Positions 58,669 to 64,000 of a stretch of DNA of 64,000 nt are shown in pieces; position 1 is the first letter of the stretch; every line of letters starts with the position of its first letter. The DNA is taken from the NCBI RefSeq assembly GCF_000009045.1, contig NC_000964.3, positions 496,001 through 560,000 of the forward strand. Direction: 5' to 3'. Source of the DNA: Bacillus subtilis subsp. subtilis str. 168 (GTDB lineage: Bacteria; Bacillota; Bacilli; Bacillales; Bacillaceae). The translations under genes and the position numbers were made by a program. The notes below the pieces were generated by a model that worked only from the letters and a program-made list of their open reading frames with translations, was not told the origin of the DNA and did no database searches.

Positions 58669-59979
58669 ATGGTAATGACAAAAAAAGATACAAATATATC
58701 AACACAGCAGCCTCTTTGGTTACAAGGTTATATTGATTCACCAGAAAAACAAAACCAACTTTATAAAAAAACATTAAAAATCTTGATTTTTTCACAAATA
58801 TTTGGGGGAGCAGGACTTGGAGCTGGGATAACAGTTGGGGCGCTTCTTGCACAAGATATGATAGGATCGGAAAATGTAGCAGGAATTCCAACTGCCCTCT
58901 TTACTTTTGGATCTGCCGTAGCTGCCCTGCTTATAGGAGCATCCTCACAACGTTTTGGTCGCAGAGCTGGACTTGCAGGTGGTTTCCTTATAGGCGGATT
59001 AGGTGCTATAGGTGTGATAATCGCGGCTTTAATTAACAGCGTTGCCCTATTATTTGTTTCTCTTCTTATTTATGGAGCAGGTATGGCTTCTAATCTTCAA
59101 GTTCGGTATGCTGGGACAGACCTTGCAAATGAGAAACAACGGGCAACTGCTGCAAGTATGGCCTTAGTTTCTACTACTTTAGGAGCTGTAGTAGGTCCTA
59201 ACTTAGTTAATACAATGGGGGAATTTGCAGATTCAATTGGTGTTCCCAATTTAGCTGGTCCGTTTATTATGTCAGGAGCAGCTTTTATAATTGCTGGAAT
59301 TATTCTCTTAATTTTTCTTCGTCCAGATCCGCTGTTTGTATCAACAGCTATTGCGAATGCTGAGAAAAAAGACGATAAAGTACAAATAGGAGGAAGTCTA
59401 AAAAATCCTGCTATAGACAAAAAAGGAATAATGGTAGGAGCTGTCATTATGATTTTAGCTCAACTAATCATGACAGCTATTATGACAATGACACCGGTTC
59501 ACATGGGTCATCACGGTCATGGTTTAAGCGAAGTGGGATTAGTTATAGGACTCCATATTGCAGCGATGTATCTTCCTTCACCATTGACTGGTTTATTAGT
59601 AGATAAGTTTGGTCGCACAACTATGGCTATTGCTTCAGGTGCCACACTTCTTGCCGCTGGGTTGGTGGCAGCTATTGCACCGGCAGACTCATTATCATTG
59701 CTAATCCTAGCACTAGTATTACTAGGGGTAGGTTGGAACTTTGGTTTACTAACGGGAACTGCCCTTATTATAGATTCAACACATCCATCTCTACGTGCAA
59801 AAACACAGGGAACATTCGATGTTTTATTAGCACTATCAGGAGCAGCAGGTGGAGCCTTGTCAGGAATGGTTGTTGCACATTCTAGTTATACAATACTATC
59901 AATTTCTGGAGCCGTTTTATCATTGTTACTCATTCCAGTAGTTATTTGGTATTTTAGAAGGATTCAGGAAAAAGCATAA
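58669..59979 (+). CDS. yddS: MFS transporter
   Basis: About 12 TM segments; SQRFGRR and LVDKFGR loop motifs. Confidence 0.9.
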   Translation: MVMTKKDTNISTQQPLWLQGYIDSPEKQNQLYKKTLKILIFSQIFGGAGLGAGITVGALLAQDMIGSENVAGIPTALFTFGSAVAALLIGASSQRFGRRAGLAGGFLIGGLGAIGVIIAALINSVALLFVSLLIYGAGMASNLQVRYAGTDLANEKQRATAASMALVSTTLGAVVGPNLVNTMGEFADSIGVPNLAGPFIMSGAAFIIAGIILLIFLRPDPLFVSTAIANAEKKDDKVQIGGSLKNPAIDKKGIMVGAVIMILAQLIMTAIMTMTPVHMGHHGHGLSEVGLVIGLHIAAMYLPSPLTGLLVDKFGRTTMAIASGATLLAAGLVAAIAPADSLSLLILALVLLGVGWNFGLLTGTALIIDSTHPSLRAKTQGTFDVLLALSGAAGGALSGMVVAHSSYTILSISGAVLSLLLIPVVIWYFRRIQEKA

Positions 59980-60561
59980 GCTTATATAACTGTCTTTGAA
60001 GAACCTAAGTAGACATTACTTTACCGGAACCTCCTTTTTCTATTTATTATAGTAAGGAGTTGACATGGCATTAGTGGCATGTGTATAACTACACAATTAT
60101 TTGGGATTCAGAGAGCATGTAATGAACGGAAGAGATAATTATTTATCACTTTTATTATTGTACGGTGTTCTTGTGGCATTAAGTTCAGTCAATTTTGGTC
60201 TAACTGTTTTCTTTTTGTTTTCATCACCTCTCCATATTATTAACAAACACGAAAAGGATTTTAATGAAAATAAAATGATTAGCGTATGTATCTCTAATTT
60301 TCAAAATGAATGAATAGTCCTTTTTAAGATTTACACACTTATTCTCCAAGGAAAAATGACTCAATTTTTCGATTTTTTATGTAAATCAAAAAAGAATCAT
60401 GTTAGAGTAGGTGTGCTGAAAATAATTCAAAAAATTATTTTGCGATATGATTAAAGTAATATTGCCAGAGAGTTTCAATTGGACAAAATTGTAAGTGTTT
60501 AATACACTGGGGCTGCAATCAAATATGCACCTGGAATCAATTGCTAAACGGGGGAGTTTAT

Positions 60562-60738
60562 ATGAACAACAAGAAAAATATCTTTGATATTGTTATGTAC
60601 ATTATTTTCGGTGTGTTAAGTCTTTTTCTAGTTGCAAAAACTGATTATGGCACTGGAGTTTTAGTGTTTGTTGCAATTTTATACCTCGCTGTTATTGCTT
60701 ATAAAATTAAGCAAGTATTTAGTAATTCAGATTCTTAA
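60562..60738 (+). CDS. ydzM: Small two-TM membrane protein (58 aa)
   Basis: ATG after a GGGGGAG RBS; directly upstream of yddT. Confidence 0.75.
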   Translation: MNNKKNIFDIVMYIIFGVLSLFLVAKTDYGTGVLVFVAILYLAVIAYKIKQVFSNSDS

Positions 60739-60762
60739 GGTGTAACACAAGGAGGATTTCAA

Positions 60763-61449
60763 TTGAGAAAGAAAAGAGTTATTACTTGTGTTATGGCTGC
60801 ATCATTGACTTTAGGCTCACTTTTACCTGCAGGTTACGCTTCTGCAAAGGAGGACTCTAAGACAACCCCTTCTTACGAAGAACTAGCTCTACATTACAAA
60901 ATGAAAAGTGAAAAGATTTCATCGAACGGGAAATTAGTTGAAATTGAGTATGTGAGTGGAAATGAAACTCACAAAGTTCAGATGAACGGAAATAATCATA
61001 CTGTAAAAGTCGATGGCATAGAACAAAAAGGTTTAAACTTTGAGTATGATGAAAATGTTGCTAAAAGAACAAATTATGAAAACAATAATTTGAAATCAAA
61101 TGAATTCACAACACAGGCTGCAAAACCTAAAAAGGGATACCATTATGTGGGGACTTTATCTGGGCATACAAAAGCAGCTAAAAATGCGTTATCAGTTACA
61201 ATGTCATTAGTCGGTATTGTCCCTGGCTTGGGATGGGGGAGTAAGGCTGCCACTATTTTATTCTCTTATTGGGCAAAAGAACAAATCCCTGATGCGTATT
61301 ATAAATATGATTTATACGAAAAAGGAGCAATGACTGATAGTTGGTATCAGTATGCTACAGTTCAATTTTTTGAAGATAAAGCTCATAAAAAGAAAATGGG
61401 CAAACCTTGGACAAGTACTCCTGCAAAAGTAGATTTACCTAATAGCTAA
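60763..61449 (+). CDS. yddT: Secreted protein of unknown function
   Basis: Sec signal peptide ending AGYASA; TTG start after AGGAGG. Confidence 0.82.
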   Translation: MRKKRVITCVMAASLTLGSLLPAGYASAKEDSKTTPSYEELALHYKMKSEKISSNGKLVEIEYVSGNETHKVQMNGNNHTVKVDGIEQKGLNFEYDENVAKRTNYENNNLKSNEFTTQAAKPKKGYHYVGTLSGHTKAAKNALSVTMSLVGIVPGLGWGSKAATILFSYWAKEQIPDAYYKYDLYEKGAMTDSWYQYATVQFFEDKAHKKKMGKPWTSTPAKVDLPNS

Positions 61450-61591
61450 TTTTAAAATCACTTTGTCTTTATAAAGGACAAAGTGATTTTTTGTTATACA
61501 GAAGTAAAATCCCTCGTCTGAGGAATCTTGGAAAAAACTTGGTTCAATTTTGATATAACATGTTTTTTTCTTGCTAATTTAGTTTTTCTAT

Positions 61592-61735
61592 GTATCGCTA
61601 CACATTCTAAATAATAAGATATTAGCCGGACGGTTGATGCCAAGCTCAAAAGTTTATATGGAAGTCAAAGCATAAAAAAGGGTGTTACAACGTGTAGTCT
61701 TCTTTTTATTTTGCCAACGTAACAAGTGTGAAAGT
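61592..61735 (+). pseudogene. Remnant of a yddA (ramA)-like gene
   Basis: About 85% identical by manual alignment to 40818-40924; in-frame stop and indels. Confidence 0.85.
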
Positions 61736-61872
61736 AATGATTTGTAGGATCAGTTAAGAAAGGTTTAAGATTAGATATTGAAAAATTTTATATATTTTCA
61801 ATAAAATACTGGTACTATAATAAATGTATACAGATTGTATGGAGATGTAATTAATTAAAAAGGAGTTTTTAA

Positions 61873-62058
61873 TTGCGTTGGAGTAAATGGTTCAATGTTT
61901 TTTGTATAGTAGCATTGGGATCAATATATGGTTATAAATTATTTACTAACCAAGAAGTCAGTACTACTCGTTTAATAATAGCTTCTGTAATTGTGTTGTG
62001 GAATATTGTTGGACTTTTTAGCAAAGAATCAGTAAAACAAGCACAGCAAGCAAATTAA
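61873..62058 (+). CDS. ydzN: Small two-TM membrane protein (61 aa)
   Basis: TTG start after an AAAGGAG RBS. Confidence 0.7.
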   Translation: MRWSKWFNVFCIVALGSIYGYKLFTNQEVSTTRLIIASVIVLWNIVGLFSKESVKQAQQAN

Positions 62059-62158
62059 AAGTCATAAAGTTGGGAAAGAAGGATGTTACTTATGTAGTAT
62101 CCTTCTTTATTATTCCTTGAAAAATGAAACAAATTGGAGATTACAGCTTATATAATCA

Positions 62159-62231
62159 ATTGAAGTCGTTGATTATTTTCATGAACAGGAGATTTAATGC
62201 TTTCTGATGAAATATTATCGTATGAATGTTG
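62159..62231 (+). pseudogene. Remnant of a rapI 3' segment
   Basis: 66 of 74 aligned columns match 52329-52401 (manual alignment). Confidence 0.88.
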
Positions 62232-62407
62232 CAAGAGGAAACGTTACTCAAAGATTACAGGGATGTGATGAACACTCCTCTTTATCGCACTCACCTGACC
62301 CCAAATTGTTGGGGAAGGGCAGGTACGGAAGATAGAGTATTTTTTCTTCGTAACAAATCGAAAAGGTTGGATAATAAAAAACTTATAATCTAAGGCGGTA
62401 TATAGTT

Positions 62408-63001
62408 GTGAAAAAGGCGTTATTTCTTATATTAGACCAGTATGCAGATTGGGAAGGTGTTTACTTAGCATCTGCATTAAATCAAAGAGAAGATTGGTCG
62501 GTTCACACTGTTTCTTTAGACCCTATTGTAAGCTCAATAGGTGGTTTTAAAACATCTGTCGATTACATAATAGGGTTAGAACCTGCAAATTTTAATTTGC
62601 TAGTTATGATTGGCGGGGATTCCTGGAGTAATGACAATAAAAAACTATTACATTTTGTAAAAACTGCATTTCAAAAAAACATTCCAATAGCAGCGATATG
62701 CGGTGCAGTGGATTTTTTGGCGAAGAATGGTTTGCTGAATAATCATAGCCATACAGGTAATTTTGTTTACTTATGGAAAGATTACAAACAATATAAACCG
62801 ATTAGCAGTTTTGTAGAGAAACAAGCAGTAAGAGATAAAAATTTGGTTACTGCTAATGGAACTGCCCCTATTGAATTTACTAATTTAATTTTAGAGATGA
62901 TTGATTTTGATACTCCTGAGAACATAGAGAAAATGATGTATATGAATCGTTATGGTTTTTATCATTTTTGTGATAAATATGGAAATCCATTTGTTGATTA
63001 A
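62408..63001 (+). CDS. ydeA: DJ-1/PfpI family protein
   Basis: YADWEG, MIGG and AAICGA nucleophile-elbow motifs. Confidence 0.88.
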   Translation: MKKALFLILDQYADWEGVYLASALNQREDWSVHTVSLDPIVSSIGGFKTSVDYIIGLEPANFNLLVMIGGDSWSNDNKKLLHFVKTAFQKNIPIAAICGAVDFLAKNGLLNNHSHTGNFVYLWKDYKQYKPISSFVEKQAVRDKNLVTANGTAPIEFTNLILEMIDFDTPENIEKMMYMNRYGFYHFCDKYGNPFVD

Positions 63002-63116
63002 TTTGCTGGAAATGATTTTCCCGAATAGGGGGCTTTGCGATTGAGTTGAATTTCCTAATAAAGCAAAGAAAGATGATTTGAGGTCAAGTTTAACAAATAA
63101 TGCCATCAATATTAAT

Positions 63117-63263
63117 TTGCAGTTATTTCCGATTCCTGATATAATAAAGAAGAATTATTTTTGTTCGGTGTAAAGGATAGTATGAAGATTGACTTTTCGT
63201 CTTGATGATACTTTGGGCAAGGATAGTATATACTGTGTGGTTACACACTAGGAGGCAACAAAA
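63117..63263 (+). promoter_or_regulatory. cspC sigmaA promoter and long cold-shock 5' leader
   Basis: TTGCAG-N17-TATAAT (63117-63145), then an AATTATTTTTG box and about 110 nt of leader. Confidence 0.7.
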
Positions 63264-63464
63264 ATGGAACAAGGTACAGTTAAATGGTTTAATGCAGAAA
63301 AAGGTTTTGGCTTTATCGAACGCGAAAATGGAGACGATGTATTCGTACACTTTTCTGCAATCCAAAGTGACGGATTCAAATCTTTAGACGAAGGTCAAAA
63401 AGTATCGTTTGACGTTGAGCAAGGTGCTCGTGGAGCTCAAGCTGCTAACGTTCAAAAAGCTTAA
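63264..63464 (+). CDS. cspC: Cold-shock protein CspC
   Basis: [15 protein letters not shown]-1 and VFVHF RNP-2 motifs. Confidence 0.97.
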   Translation: MEQGTVKWFNAEKGFGFIERENGDDVFVHFSAIQSDGFKSLDEGQKVSFDVEQGARGAQAANVQKA

Positions 63465-63481
63465 TCTTCAATCGTTTATAC

Positions 63482-63513
63482 AAACAGGCTCTTTATATAG
63501 GGCCTGTTTTTTT
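63482..63513 (+). terminator. Terminator after cspC
   Basis: AAACAGGCTCT-loop-AGGGCCTGTTT followed by a T run. Confidence 0.8.
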
Positions 63514-64000
63514 ATGTCTATATCATACTCAATAAAAAACCCTACTCAACGTTCGAGTAGGGAGATGCTACAAGGTAATAGAAAAAGATTTAAAACTTCA
63601 AAGGTTTGTTTACAGTATAACATACTGGATTGACAATATGCGGAATGTATATAAATTATTTAATGTTTTGTTCAAATATAGATAACTGACTCTTTTTTTC
63701 ACTAACCTGTTCGTTCATTTAAGTAAGATTAGATGAATTATAAAAATGGTTTCATCTAAATGTTATCAACTCGCATATCTCTTTTATGAGAAGAAGATAA
63801 ACAATTATTATTCAATGTTGCAGTGGATATAAGAAATTCTTAAAAATAATGAGGAGATCGATTGTTTTTTTCTCCTGGAAATAATCACTTAGAGATACCT
63901 AAAACAATGAAAGCCCTACCTCTCTTCCATCCTTACGGCTCCTTGTCCGTGCCAGTGTGAATCAGGATACTAAAAAAAGTGACTATTTTATTGAGTTTTT

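Noticed and set aside
60101-60313. 70-aa ORF between yddS and ydzM
   Set aside because: TTG start without an RBS in very AT-rich DNA; no supporting homology is visible within the window.
63925-63970. Minus-strand ILIHTG... reminiscent of an integrase TGxRxGE box
   Set aside because: The match needs several assumed frameshifts and does not extend convincingly; it cannot be supported without a profile search.

Overview
This window is recognisable as the Bacillus subtilis (168-type) chromosome from ydbD to cspC. Bases 1-33.4 kb are core genome: the dct C4-dicarboxylate system, ydbI-M, fbpAB, mneS, ddl-murF, cshA, ydbST, acpS-ydcC-alr, the ndoAI/ndoA toxin-antitoxin pair, the rsbR-S-T-U-V-W-sigB-rsbX operon, ydcFGH, tex, cmpA, ydcK and the seven-tRNA trnS cluster. 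Bases 33362-53932 are the integrative conjugative element ICEBs1, bounded by 60-bp direct repeats in tRNA-Leu(GAG). It carries int/immA/immR/xis, a relaxase with oriT, a type IV secretion operon, the AcrIII-1-family gene yddF, the TIR-domain defence gene spbK and rapI/phrI. The AT-rich 10 kb to the right of attR is the most interesting part. By manual alignment it holds collinear decayed copies of ICEBs1 core sequences: the tRNA terminator and integrase 3' end at 53.9-54.1 kb, a yddA fragment at 61.6 kb and a rapI fragment at 62.2 kb. These enclose Lrp-regulated detoxification genes and a secreted-protein/small-membrane-protein cassette, suggesting an older 'ghost' ICE at the same tRNA. Other hidden elements are a doubly frameshifted SRPBCC-like gene under the ydcF annotation, an Lrp pseudogene, a MITE-like insert in a duplicated terminator, and a degenerate att core just upstream of attL. 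All alignments and counts were made by eye; no searches were run.
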